From the NCBI GenBank assembly GCA_963674785.1, contig OY771555.1, positions 1,824,001 to 1,888,000 of the forward strand: DNA of 64,000 nt, written 5' to 3'. Below the pieces are notes generated by a model. It saw nothing but the letters and a program-made list of their open reading frames with translations. It did no database searches and had not been told where the DNA came from. The translations under genes and the position numbers were made by a program. Position 1 is the stretch's first letter. Each line of letters opens with the position of its first letter. The stretch is from Caldisericia bacterium (GTDB lineage: Bacteria > Caldisericota > Caldisericia > JAAYUI01). Below are positions 49,892-59,804 of the stretch, piece by piece.

Positions 49892-51142
49892 TTATCCTAG
49901 CTCCGCTGCAAACTTTTCTACCTGAGCAATTGTTTCTTCCAGGTCAAAGGTCTGGATTTCTCTATCCCAAACGACAAATTCTCCATCAACCATCACATGT
50001 TTTACATCGGTATGATGAACACAATTTACAAGATGTGATGTTGCTGAGAATCTTGGTTTCAAGTGTGGTTTTGACATATCAACGACAATAATATCGGCGG
50101 TTGCACCTTCTTTTATTACTCCGAGATTATTAAATCCCAATGCTTTTGCTCCATCTTTTGTCGCAATTTCAAGTGTTCTTTTTGCAGGAAGAACCGTTGA
50201 GTCACCAAATGATTTCGCTATAAAACTTCCCCATCTAAGCTCTTCCCACATATCAAGGTCATTATTTGATGCTGTGCCATCCGTTCCAAAGCTTAGGTTC
50301 AGACCTTTTTTCTCCATCATATCAATCCTTGCTCTTCCGGATGCAAGTTTGAAGTTTGATGATGTATTCAAAGAAACATAAACATTTTTATTCTTAAAGA
50401 TTTCCATATCAGAATCAGTCAGATGTACACAGTGAGCAGCGAGAAAATGACCATCAAAAGCACCAAGCTCATCTAGGATCTCTGGTGGTGTTTTTCCGTA
50501 TTCATTTATACAGTTTTTAACTTCTGTTTCTGTTTCTGAAACATGCATCTGCATCAGCAAATTATGCTTCCTTGATAGTTCGATAACTTTTTTCATGAAT
50601 TCAGGTGGGCAAGTATAGATCGCATGTGGCCCAAGCATTGTTTGAATTCTTCCATTTGATTCATTATTCCACTTTAATGCAAACTCAAGCCCTTCGATAA
50701 GACCCTTTTCGCTTGCTGTACCTTTCGATAGAGATGCTCTTATTCCTGTTTCAGCAACTGCTTTTGCGACATTATCCATCTGAAGATACATATCAGTAAA
50801 TGTTGTTGTGCCGCCAAGAAGCATTTCGGCAATCGCCAGTTTTGCCCCCCAGTAAATCATATCAGCAGTTAGTTTGTCTTCCCTGGGAAAAATCTCTTTT
50901 GTAAGCCAATCCATAAGCGGGAGATCATCAGCAACCCCGCGAAGCAGAGTCATGCTTGCATGCCCGTGAGTATTGACTAAACCATGCATAATCACAAGAT
51001 CATCACTATCAATTATTCTATCAAAGCTTCCCTCAGGCTTTTTCTTTGAAACAGAGATGATTTTCTTCCCATCAACCACAACATATCCATCAAACTCATC
51101 TGCACCCGTAGATGGAATAATAATCCCTTTAAAAAGTATCAT
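49892..51142 (-). CDS. mtaD: amidohydrolase, 5'-methylthioadenosine/SAH deaminase-like
   Basis: NTHGH, LRGVADD, PHAIY, HVSET, AHCV, GTDG..SNN. Confidence 0.8.
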   Translation of the reverse strand: MILFKGIIIPSTGADEFDGYVVVDGKKIISVSKKKPEGSFDRIIDSDDLVIMHGLVNTHGHASMTLLRGVADDLPLMDWLTKEIFPREDKLTADMIYWGAKLAIAEMLLGGTTTFTDMYLQMDNVAKAVAETGIRASLSKGTASEKGLIEGLEFALKWNNESNGRIQTMLGPHAIYTCPPEFMKKVIELSRKHNLLMQMHVSETETEVKNCINEYGKTPPEILDELGAFDGHFLAAHCVHLTDSDMEIFKNKNVYVSLNTSSNFKLASGRARIDMMEKKGLNLSFGTDGTASNNDLDMWEELRWGSFIAKSFGDSTVLPAKRTLEIATKDGAKALGFNNLGVIKEGATADIIVVDMSKPHLKPRFSATSHLVNCVHHTDVKHVMVDGEFVVWDREIQTFDLEETIAQVEKFAAELG

Positions 51143-52695
51143 CCTGTTATCTCCTTTATCACATTTGGAACCATATCTGCAACCTCTGAACCTAGAACCC
51201 CATGTTTAGAAACTTCATCTGAAGCCATTTCGGCAGCTTTCCCCAGAAGATACGATCCCAAAACACTTGCTTCATAGGCTGAGTTTCCTTGGGCAACCAA
51301 ACCTGCAATAATCCCCGTAAGAACATCACCGGAACCACCTTTTGAAAGAGACGAGTTACCTGTGATATTGATGTGATAACCTCCAGAAGGCGAAGATATA
51401 ACAGTTCTAGCAGATTTCAAAACTGTGATTGTTCCAAATCTTCTTGAAAATCTAACCGCAGTTGAGATTGGATCTTTTGTAATATCAAACGCAGTCGAAC
51501 CAAATCGACTCGCTTCACCCCAATGAGGTGTGATGATTGTTTTCCACCCATGCTCAGCCCTCAAATGAAGTCCCTGTGGAGCTGAGGCAAGTGCATATAA
51601 AGCATCTGCATCAATTATCAAAGTTCCTTGAACCTTTGTCATCAGCTCAGCTACAAAATTCCTGAGATCATCAAATCTTGAAAGCCCTGGCCCAACAACT
51701 GTCACAGTTGATTTGTCAGCCAATTCCAAAACTTTATCAAGTGAGGAGGTTGAGAAAGTCCCATCATCAGTTTCTGATACGGGGTTAACAATCATTTCCG
51801 GATACCTACATGCAATAGATGGATAGATTGACTTCGGGACAACGAGCCTTGTTATTCCAGCACCAGTCCTTAGTGATCCCAAGCCAGAAAGTACCGGAGC
51901 ACCTGGGTATGAAACTGAACCACCAACAATTAGAACGTTTCCGAAATTGCCTTTATGTGATGAGTCGAACCTTGATGGGATTATCGACAAAACATCATCA
52001 TCACTCAAAATATTTCCCGGAAGCTGTGGGTCTTCCAAAAGAACCTCTGGAAAACCAACATTTACAAGCATGAGTTTTCCAACATTCTTTGCACCGGGAT
52101 TTAGAAGCTGACCAATTTTTGGTAAGCCAAAAGTAACGGTTAAATCAGCAAAAACAGCGATCCCTGGAACATGCCCAGTGGAACCATCAACTCCTGATGG
52201 CATATCAACAGATAACACTGGTGAGGAGACTGCGTTGATAAGTTCAATCGCCTGTGCAATGGCACCCTTTGGAGCTTTTGATAAACCAGTTCCGATCAGT
52301 GCGTCAACAATTATGTCTGATTTTTGGACTTCAGCACAAAGCTCACCCATCGCCTTAGGGTCGGTTCCAACATGGAGCTCAACCATCCCAGAAAAACCTT
52401 TTGTTAGAATCCCAAAATTAATCTCAGGATCACCTTTTAAGTCCTCAATATTTGCAAGTAAAAAAACCTTTGATTGAATACCATTCATCGCAAGATGTCT
52501 TGCACAAACAAATCCATCACCACCGTTGCCACCCCTCCCACAAACAATGACTGGATTAGAAAAATCGAACTCTTCCATCATAATTTCGGCAACTTTTGAA
52601 CCGGCGTTTTCCATCAAAGTAATCGATGGTACACCAAATCGATTTATTGTTTGCCTATCTATCTCTCTCATCTGCTCAGAATTAGTAATCTTCAT
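51139..52695 (-). CDS. nnr: bifunctional NAD(P)HX epimerase/dehydratase
   Basis: LMENAG, GNGGDG, DALIGTG, HKG.FG, DADA, TPH.GE, GGSGDVL. Confidence 0.95.
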   Translation of the reverse strand: MKITNSEQMREIDRQTINRFGVPSITLMENAGSKVAEIMMEEFDFSNPVIVCGRGGNGGDGFVCARHLAMNGIQSKVFLLANIEDLKGDPEINFGILTKGFSGMVELHVGTDPKAMGELCAEVQKSDIIVDALIGTGLSKAPKGAIAQAIELINAVSSPVLSVDMPSGVDGSTGHVPGIAVFADLTVTFGLPKIGQLLNPGAKNVGKLMLVNVGFPEVLLEDPQLPGNILSDDDVLSIIPSRFDSSHKGNFGNVLIVGGSVSYPGAPVLSGLGSLRTGAGITRLVVPKSIYPSIACRYPEMIVNPVSETDDGTFSTSSLDKVLELADKSTVTVVGPGLSRFDDLRNFVAELMTKVQGTLIIDADALYALASAPQGLHLRAEHGWKTIITPHWGEASRFGSTAFDITKDPISTAVRFSRRFGTITVLKSARTVISSPSGGYHINITGNSSLSKGGSGDVLTGIIAGLVAQGNSAYEASVLGSYLLGKAAEMASDEVSKHGVLGSEVADMVPNVIKEITG

Positions 52696-52805
52696 TATTA
52701 TCCTCCAACAACTCTTATCCGACTAGATAAATGATAACAGCAATTATATTATTTACCAAACATAATTTTACCTTTTGTGTCAAAGGTGTATGAAGGGGGA
52801 CATTT

Positions 52806-54257
52806 ATGGAATGGTTCACTTGGATAATGTGGTTAGGAATAGCTATCGTCTTCGGTCTAATCGAAGTAATAACTGTTAATTTTTATACGATTTGGTTTGC
52901 TATATCTGCGATAATAACAGCTATTATTGCGGTTTTTATATCAGATCCGATTATTCAGATTGTCTGCTTTGCACTGATTTCTTTGGTGCTTGTGATTCTT
53001 TCGGAAAAGCTATTGAGAAAGCTGATCTTTGGAAACAAGGATCATATCGCAATGAATGTTGAGGCAATGTCTGGAAAAACCGGTATTGTAGTTTCTCAAA
53101 TAAGAAACGATAGAGGGGAAGGAGTCGTAAAAGTTGATGGCGTAAGCTGGTCTGCAAGATCAGTTAATGGGGATCGAATTGCTCAAAATCAAAGGGTAAA
53201 AATTCACCGAATAGAGGGGGTTAAATTGATAGTATCACCAGAATCAAGAGATAGTGTTGTTAAAACTGCTCTGACAAATATGTCAAGAAATATTTCAAAT
53301 ACGAAAATTGTTGAATCTCAATCATACAAAAAGGTCTTCGATAAAGAGATACAGGGTTTAAAGATCGACCTTGATGATGATAAAATTGACAGAACTGACA
53401 TTGAGATATTTGAAAGTGATGAGGTAACCTGTGAATACGACATCGGCTTAAAGGACAAGTCGCAAGATCGGGAGTTCGAGATATGTTCCGAAATCAATGG
53501 TGGGGAGTTTATCATCAAATCGGTTAACAATTCAATTGCTGGAGACACCCACTACAGCATTGCGTTAAGACTTGGTATTCCATCAAAAACAAGATTGAAG
53601 ATTAATGCTGTGCTTGGTAGAGTTATTGTCAAAAGCAAATGGAACGCAGACATAACAATAAATGATCTTGGAGACTTGGATATTGAAACAATGGATGTTT
53701 CCGGAGACCTTTCAATCAGAAGCACCTCTGGTGATGTCAGTGTTGGCAAAATCAACAACATAGAGTTAAAATCTGCTGCAGGCGATACATCAATCAAATC
53801 CTGCGAATCAGCAAGAATCAAAACCTCATCTGGTGATGTCTCGATTGGTTCCGTCGAAGAAGGTACAATACAGGTTACATCAGGTGACCTTTCAATTGAT
53901 TCTCTCGATGGCAACCTTACCGTGTTTTCGTCATCAGGTGATATTTTGATAAAAGAATGCAGATGCAGAAACTCTATTTCAATTACTGTAAAATCAGGAG
54001 ACTTGCAGATTGGAAAATATTTTTCTAAGTCCTGCCAGAACACAATCCACACAACATCTGGAGACATCAGTATTGGAATCGATAAAAACTCTTCACTTAT
54101 AGGAAAATGTGAAAATGTAAGCGGGGATATTTCAATCATTGGCGCTCAAAATGAAAAGAGCATAACCGAACATAAAAAAGAGTTCACGATCGGATCGGGT
54201 GAAGGGACTCTTACCATATCATCAATCTCAGGTGACATGGTTGTGAAAACAAACTAG
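52806..54257 (+). CDS. NfeD-like membrane protein fused to a DUF4097 beta-repeat domain
   Basis: Three N-terminal TMs plus OB-fold G.VKVDG.SWSA; nine (S/A)GD-x-x-(I/V) repeats in the C-terminal half. Confidence 0.8.
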   Translation: MEWFTWIMWLGIAIVFGLIEVITVNFYTIWFAISAIITAIIAVFISDPIIQIVCFALISLVLVILSEKLLRKLIFGNKDHIAMNVEAMSGKTGIVVSQIRNDRGEGVVKVDGVSWSARSVNGDRIAQNQRVKIHRIEGVKLIVSPESRDSVVKTALTNMSRNISNTKIVESQSYKKVFDKEIQGLKIDLDDDKIDRTDIEIFESDEVTCEYDIGLKDKSQDREFEICSEINGGEFIIKSVNNSIAGDTHYSIALRLGIPSKTRLKINAVLGRVIVKSKWNADITINDLGDLDIETMDVSGDLSIRSTSGDVSVGKINNIELKSAAGDTSIKSCESARIKTSSGDVSIGSVEEGTIQVTSGDLSIDSLDGNLTVFSSSGDILIKECRCRNSISITVKSGDLQIGKYFSKSCQNTIHTTSGDISIGIDKNSSLIGKCENVSGDISIIGAQNEKSITEHKKEFTIGSGEGTLTISSISGDMVVKTN

Positions 54258-54265
54258 GAGGAGAA

Positions 54266-55156
54266 ATGGAATATTGGTATTGGTTTATTGCAATAACTGC
54301 GTTGATTCTCGTGATTGTCATTATCACTCAGGTTGTAAAGATGGTAAGACAGGCAACAGTTATCGTGGTTGAGAGGCTTGGAAGATACTCAAGAACACTT
54401 GGTCCCGGACTTCACATTATCGTTCCATTCATTGAAAAAATCAGGGAAACTGTCGATCTGAGGGAACAGGTTATGGACTTCCCACCACAGTCGGTCATCA
54501 CAAGAGACAATGTTCCAACAGATGTCGATACTGTAATCTACTTCTTCATAACCGACCCAATCAAAAGCATCTATGAGATAAAAAATCTCAAGCAGGCGAT
54601 CATCAAACTTGCGATGACCACGATGAGAAATATCATTGGTAATATTGAGCTTGATGAACTTTTAAGCTCAAGAGAACAGGTCAACAAAAGACTTCGCACA
54701 GTTATTGATGAAGCAACTGACCCATGGGGTGTCAAAGTAAACAGGATTGAACTTAAAACAATTGATCCTCCAGCAGAAATTCTTGAGGCAATGACCAAAC
54801 AGATGAAGGCCGAAAGGACAAAAAGGGCACAAATCCTTGAGGCCGAAGGTGTCAAGCAATCAAACATACTTCAGGCTGAGGGTGAAAGAAAAGCGAGGAT
54901 ACTCGAAGCAGAGGGTGAAGCAAAGGCTTGGGAATCTGTTTGGGAAGCAAAAGCAAACGCAATTGAAACCTACTTTAAAGCAATCCATAATGGAAACCCT
55001 GACAAAGATGTTATCGCAGTCAAATACCTTGAAACACTGTCAAAACTTTCTGAGGGTGATAACTCTAAGATATTTATTCCATATGAGGCCTCTGGAATCC
55101 TTTCATCAATCGGCTCAATAAAGGAAATCTGGAAGGATAGCAAAGAAACTAAATAA
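54266..55156 (+). CDS. SPFH/Band 7 (QmcA-like) protein
   Basis: VVERLGRY, PQSVITRDN, DPWGVKV.RIE, QMKAER..RA.ILEAEG; follows nfeD. Confidence 0.92.
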   Translation: MEYWYWFIAITALILVIVIITQVVKMVRQATVIVVERLGRYSRTLGPGLHIIVPFIEKIRETVDLREQVMDFPPQSVITRDNVPTDVDTVIYFFITDPIKSIYEIKNLKQAIIKLAMTTMRNIIGNIELDELLSSREQVNKRLRTVIDEATDPWGVKVNRIELKTIDPPAEILEAMTKQMKAERTKRAQILEAEGVKQSNILQAEGERKARILEAEGEAKAWESVWEAKANAIETYFKAIHNGNPDKDVIAVKYLETLSKLSEGDNSKIFIPYEASGILSSIGSIKEIWKDSKETK

Positions 55157-55174
55157 CAGTTAATATCCAGTAAA

Positions 55175-55190
55175 TGGCATGTTTCTTGCA
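55175..55190 (+). promoter_or_regulatory. putative sigma54 (-24/-12) promoter or binding site
   Basis: TGGCATGTTTCTTGCA, exact GG-N10-GC spacing, upstream of rapZ-yvcK-rpoN. Confidence 0.65.
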
Positions 55191-55253
55191 CTGCCAAAAA
55201 GAATCTGTTAGAATTACGCCAGCATATGGAGGTTATGTGCTGGCGTAACTATT

Positions 55254-56123
55254 ATGAAGAGGACTTTAGTAATTATTACAGGCCAATCTGGGGCAGGAAA
55301 ATCAGTTGCACTTGGTGCTCTTGAAGACTTGGGTTATTTCACCGTAGAAAACCTTCCAACAGAGCTAATATCCAAATTTGTTGGACTTGGTGAAGATGCA
55401 CCAGAAAAAATGTCCCATATGGCAGTCACATTGCGAATAACAAACTCCACAAATGTTGACATGTTGAAGGAAGAACTCGCAAGGCTGCAGGCTGAAAACA
55501 TTGAAACAGAGCTACTTTATCTTGCATCAAACACTGACACACTCATACGAAGATTTCAAGAAACAAGAAGAAACCATCCGCTTATAAACGAGAGTGGTTC
55601 AATCTTTGATGCCATTCAAAAAGAACAGCTTATCCTCAAGGCCGTAAAAGATATTTCAACCCACATCATTGATACATCATACCTTAAATCTCACGACCTC
55701 AGAATAATGATAAAGAAAAGATACCCAATAAAAAGCGAGAACGGCTCGCTTAGGGTGACACTCATGTCTTTTGGTTTCAGGTTTGGTGTACCAACAGAAG
55801 CTGATCTCGTTATGGATGTCAGGTTCATAAACAACCCATATTACGACGAATCACTCAGAGAGTTTGATGGACTAAATCAAAAAATAATAGATTTCGTAAT
55901 GAAAGATGAGTCTGCGGTCAAGTTTATTGAAAAGTTTGAAAAACTTCTAAAATTCCTTCTCCCACAATATCTTGCCAGAGAAGGAAAAAGTCATATCACA
56001 GTTGCCTTTGGTTGTACTGGCGGAAAACATAGGTCGGTTGTTGTCACAGGACAATTGGCAAAATTCCTGACAGATCTCGACTACGATGTCACAATAGTCC
56101 ATAGAGACAGAGGTCGCCATTGA
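55254..56123 (+). CDS. rapZ: RNase adapter RapZ/YvcJ
   Basis: GQSGAGKS, RRFQETRRNHPL, SFGF, DVRF..NPY, GCTGGKHRSV. Confidence 0.95.
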   Translation: MKRTLVIITGQSGAGKSVALGALEDLGYFTVENLPTELISKFVGLGEDAPEKMSHMAVTLRITNSTNVDMLKEELARLQAENIETELLYLASNTDTLIRRFQETRRNHPLINESGSIFDAIQKEQLILKAVKDISTHIIDTSYLKSHDLRIMIKKRYPIKSENGSLRVTLMSFGFRFGVPTEADLVMDVRFINNPYYDESLREFDGLNQKIIDFVMKDESAVKFIEKFEKLLKFLLPQYLAREGKSHITVAFGCTGGKHRSVVVTGQLAKFLTDLDYDVTIVHRDRGRH

Positions 56124-57415
56124 CAAGACGCGACCTACTTAATCGACTAGTAAGACCTGGAATAATGGTCAAGAGATGGTATGTTTTATCTCTTTTCGGT
56201 GTAGTTATTGTTATAATCACAATGATCTCTCTGGATTGGGTTTATAACAATGGGCTAGTTTTGAATTGGTTTCCCGAAATACTACAGAGGATTTTTGATA
56301 ACCCCTCTCTTCCCGATTGGTTTCTCCCAGTTTTTTCATGGGTAGGTCTCATTCTCGGTCTAGGAATTGTCATTTATGGGGCTATCCAGGTTGCATTTTC
56401 GTTAATCCCTCACTATGGTGCAACTGCAAAAAAACAAGCACCAAAAGCTGGAATCCCCAATGTTGTTGTGATTGGTGGAGGTTCTGGAACATTCCCTGTA
56501 CTTAAAGCTCTCAGGATGCTTGAAGTGAACACAACCGCAATCGTAACGGTTGCAGATTCGGGTGGTTCAACTGGAAAACTTCGTGATGAAATGCATATCC
56601 CTGCAATGGGAGACATCAGAAGATGTTTGCTGGCATTATCTGATAAACCTGTTTTTGATAAAATTATCCAGCACAGATTCAACAAAAATGGATCTCTTGC
56701 TGACCACTCTCTTGGAAACCTTATCATCGCAGGGCTGACATCAACTGAAGGTGATTTTGCTGAAGCTGTATATAGACTTTCAAAACTGATGGCTACAAAA
56801 GGGCAGGTAATCCCGTTTTCAATTGAAAACATCTCTCTTTGTGCAAAATTTGAAGATGGAACAACAGTCAGTGGTGAAGCTGAAATCCCAAAAATTGGAA
56901 AGAAAATCTCAAAGGTTTTCTTCAATCCACCACACGCGAAACCATATGTAAGGGTTCTTGAAGCCTTGTCATTTGCTGATGTGATTATCATTGGCCCCGG
57001 AAGCCTCTACACTTCACTTCTTCCTGCACTTTTACTCTCACCAATTGTCGATGTAATAATCAATTCAAACGCAAAAAAGATTTTTATTTCAAACATCATG
57101 ACACAAAAGGGTGAAACTGATGGATACTCTGTGAACGACCACATAAAGGCAATTGTTGATCATACGGGAACAGATTTCTTTGATAATATAGTTGTTACAA
57201 AATCGGATATTGATGTAGGGATACTTGAAAAATACAGGTCAATTGGCTCAACAAAAGTCGGAATTGACGTTGATATTGACCGAGAGAGAGTAGTTTTTGC
57301 TGATCTTGCAGAGGTTGATTCAGGTGTTATAAGACACTCTGTTACAGCACTGGCTCGAGTCTTGAATTCAGAAATCCCAAAAAGTAAAGTCAAAAAGTTT
57401 TCAGGAAAAGAATGA
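56120..57415 (+). CDS. yvcK: YvcK/GlmR UDP-GlcNAc-binding protein with N-terminal TM region
   Basis: GGGSG, DSGGSTG.LR, GDIRRCL, HSLGNL, GPGSLYTS. Confidence 0.92.
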   Translation: MTRRDLLNRLVRPGIMVKRWYVLSLFGVVIVIITMISLDWVYNNGLVLNWFPEILQRIFDNPSLPDWFLPVFSWVGLILGLGIVIYGAIQVAFSLIPHYGATAKKQAPKAGIPNVVVIGGGSGTFPVLKALRMLEVNTTAIVTVADSGGSTGKLRDEMHIPAMGDIRRCLLALSDKPVFDKIIQHRFNKNGSLADHSLGNLIIAGLTSTEGDFAEAVYRLSKLMATKGQVIPFSIENISLCAKFEDGTTVSGEAEIPKIGKKISKVFFNPPHAKPYVRVLEALSFADVIIIGPGSLYTSLLPALLLSPIVDVIINSNAKKIFISNIMTQKGETDGYSVNDHIKAIVDHTGTDFFDNIVVTKSDIDVGILEKYRSIGSTKVGIDVDIDRERVVFADLAEVDSGVIRHSVTALARVLNSEIPKSKVKKFSGKE

Positions 57416-58755
57416 TGGCCGAACAAAAGTTTAAACAAAATGCAAACATTAAGCTTCGCACCAATATTAGAGGTGTGATGAAAGTTCATGAGGCATTAAG
57501 GATTCTCGCAATGCCCGCAATTGATCTCAGGGAAACAATCCAGGGATATCTTGCTTCCAACCCCATTATTGAAGAAAAACCAGATAAAGAACCAGATGAA
57601 CAATTGGATTACACTGGATCAGACTTCTCAGTATCAGGCTCATATGACCCCCCAAACATCGAACAGTTAAAGACTGAGGATAAAACGATTCGTGAGATAC
57701 TGAAAGAAGATCCACAACTTTACTTTGAGGACGAAGCCGAACAAGAGATTCTCGATTATCTCATTGGAAATATTGATGATAATGGATTTATTATTTGCGA
57801 CCTTTGTGAGTTCTCTGAGCAATCAGGTCATTCCTTGGATGATATAAACAAAATAATAAAGATCATCCAGGAGACAGCCCCAGCTGGTGTCGGAGCAAGA
57901 TCAGCCGAAGAGGCTATTCTTCTTTGTGCCAAAAGAGATTTGGGAGATGAAGAATTCAGAATCGCTGAGGCAATCATCAAAGAATTCTATCCGATGCTTA
58001 AAAAAAGAAAATTTGGTGAAGTCGCAAGAGAGCTAAAAACTGAATCTGACATTGTTTATGAAGTATGGGAAAAGCTTTCAAGATACACGTTCTCACCAGG
58101 TGCCAACTTTGCACCAAAAGCTCACTATATCACTCCTGAAATATCTATTAGAGCTGATGGAAACCAGATATCTGTTACCCCTTTAAAAAATGGAATCCCA
58201 AAATTGAGTATAAACCAGGAATACGCATCTATGCTTAAAGAAACTGACGACAAAACCACGAGAGAATACCTGAAAGACAAAATGGATGAGGCAAACTGGT
58301 TGATAAAAGCAATCGATGAACGAAGAAGGAATATAATAAAAATTGTAAGAGAAGTGATAGAGATTCAAAAACCATTTTTCTTCAAAGAATCAGAGAACCT
58401 TAAACCACTCACATTAAAAGATGTTGCAGGAAGAGTTGGTCTTGCGACATCAACAGTTTCGAGAGCCGTTAACTCAAAATACATCCTAACCCCCTCTGGC
58501 ACTTTTCCTCTCAAGTACTTTTTTTCAGGAGGGTACAGTAATGGAAAAGATGTCATCTCAACAACTCAAGTGAAAAACCTCATAAACGAAGTCACTCATC
58601 AATCCGCAATAACCGACCTTGAGATAACAGAAATAATAATGGAGAAACTCAAAATCAAAGTCTCAAGAAGAGCAGTTGCACAATACAGGAAACAGCTCAA
58701 TATACCATCGTCGATTCAACGAAAAAAGATATTGAAGAATATGGATACCAACTAG
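57412..58755 (+). CDS. rpoN: RNA polymerase sigma-54 factor
   Basis: PAGVGAR, LKPLTLKDVA, STVSRAV..KY..TP.G, RpoN-box variant SRRAVAQYR. Confidence 0.93.
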   Translation: MMAEQKFKQNANIKLRTNIRGVMKVHEALRILAMPAIDLRETIQGYLASNPIIEEKPDKEPDEQLDYTGSDFSVSGSYDPPNIEQLKTEDKTIREILKEDPQLYFEDEAEQEILDYLIGNIDDNGFIICDLCEFSEQSGHSLDDINKIIKIIQETAPAGVGARSAEEAILLCAKRDLGDEEFRIAEAIIKEFYPMLKKRKFGEVARELKTESDIVYEVWEKLSRYTFSPGANFAPKAHYITPEISIRADGNQISVTPLKNGIPKLSINQEYASMLKETDDKTTREYLKDKMDEANWLIKAIDERRRNIIKIVREVIEIQKPFFFKESENLKPLTLKDVAGRVGLATSTVSRAVNSKYILTPSGTFPLKYFFSGGYSNGKDVISTTQVKNLINEVTHQSAITDLEITEIIMEKLKIKVSRRAVAQYRKQLNIPSSIQRKKILKNMDTN

Positions 58756-59759
58756 AAAATCAACATCGAATCGCCAAAACTAAAGAATCGATATTTTTCA
58801 TCTACTGCCTGTTTGTATGCCTTAAATATCAGCTCTTTATCAGCAAATGCCGAAACCAAAAGCAGTAGAGTTGATCCCGGAAGATGAAAGTTTGTTATGA
58901 GATGGTCAATTACCTTGTATTTGTACCCTGGTTTAATGAATAGATCAGTTTTTCCTGAGCCAGGGATAACCTTTCCATCTTCTGACACGTTTGATTCGAG
59001 TGTTCTTACAACCGTTGTACCGCAAGCAAATATTGTCCTTCCATCCTTTTTTGCATCATTGATGGTACTTGCAACACTTTCAGATATTTCAAACCACTCA
59101 AAATCCATTTTATGATCGTCGATATTTTCAACCTTAATGGGTCTAAATGTTCCAATTCCAACATGAAGAGTGACTTTCAAAACTGTCACTCCGATTTCTT
59201 CAAGTGTTTTAAGAAGTTTTGGTGTAAAATGGAGTCCTGCGGTAGGTGCTGCAACTGCTCCATCATTTTCTGCATAAACAGTTTGATACCTACTCCTGTC
59301 AACGGTCGAATTATGGATATATGGAGGAAGAGGTATCTCACCTGCACCAAAAATATCAGAGTCAATGGAATCAAATTCAATTATCCTCTCACCGGATTCA
59401 GTTCTATCAATGACCTTTCCTTTTACTCCATCAAAAAAAATCTCAGTTCCCACTTGAACTCTTTTACCGGGATTCACAAGGCATCGCCACGTTTTATCAG
59501 AAACCTTTTCAAGTAAAAACGCTTCAACATTTCCACCAGTTGGTTTCTTTCCATGAAGCCTTGCAGGAATAACCTTCGTATCATTTAACACAAGAACATC
59601 ACCATGCTTGAAATAATTTACAATGTCACTGAACACAAAACTCTTGACAGTCCGCGATTCTCTATCAACAACCATCAATCTCGATTCATCTCGAACCCTG
59701 GCTGGTTCTTGCGCAATCAGCTCTTTTGGTAACTCATAAACAAAATCAGAAAGTTTCAT
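58752..59759 (-). CDS. queA: tRNA preQ1(34) SAM ribosyltransferase-isomerase
   Basis: LIAQEP, NDTKVIPAR, PLPPYI, AAPTAGLHF, TNFHLP, YRFFSFGD. Confidence 0.97.
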   Translation of the reverse strand: MKLSDFVYELPKELIAQEPARVRDESRLMVVDRESRTVKSFVFSDIVNYFKHGDVLVLNDTKVIPARLHGKKPTGGNVEAFLLEKVSDKTWRCLVNPGKRVQVGTEIFFDGVKGKVIDRTESGERIIEFDSIDSDIFGAGEIPLPPYIHNSTVDRSRYQTVYAENDGAVAAPTAGLHFTPKLLKTLEEIGVTVLKVTLHVGIGTFRPIKVENIDDHKMDFEWFEISESVASTINDAKKDGRTIFACGTTVVRTLESNVSEDGKVIPGSGKTDLFIKPGYKYKVIDHLITNFHLPGSTLLLLVSAFADKELIFKAYKQAVDEKYRFFSFGDSMLIF

Positions 59760-59804
59760 TCTCTAAAAGGTAGCCAAACTTTGCCTTTTGTCTACAATAA
59801 AAAT

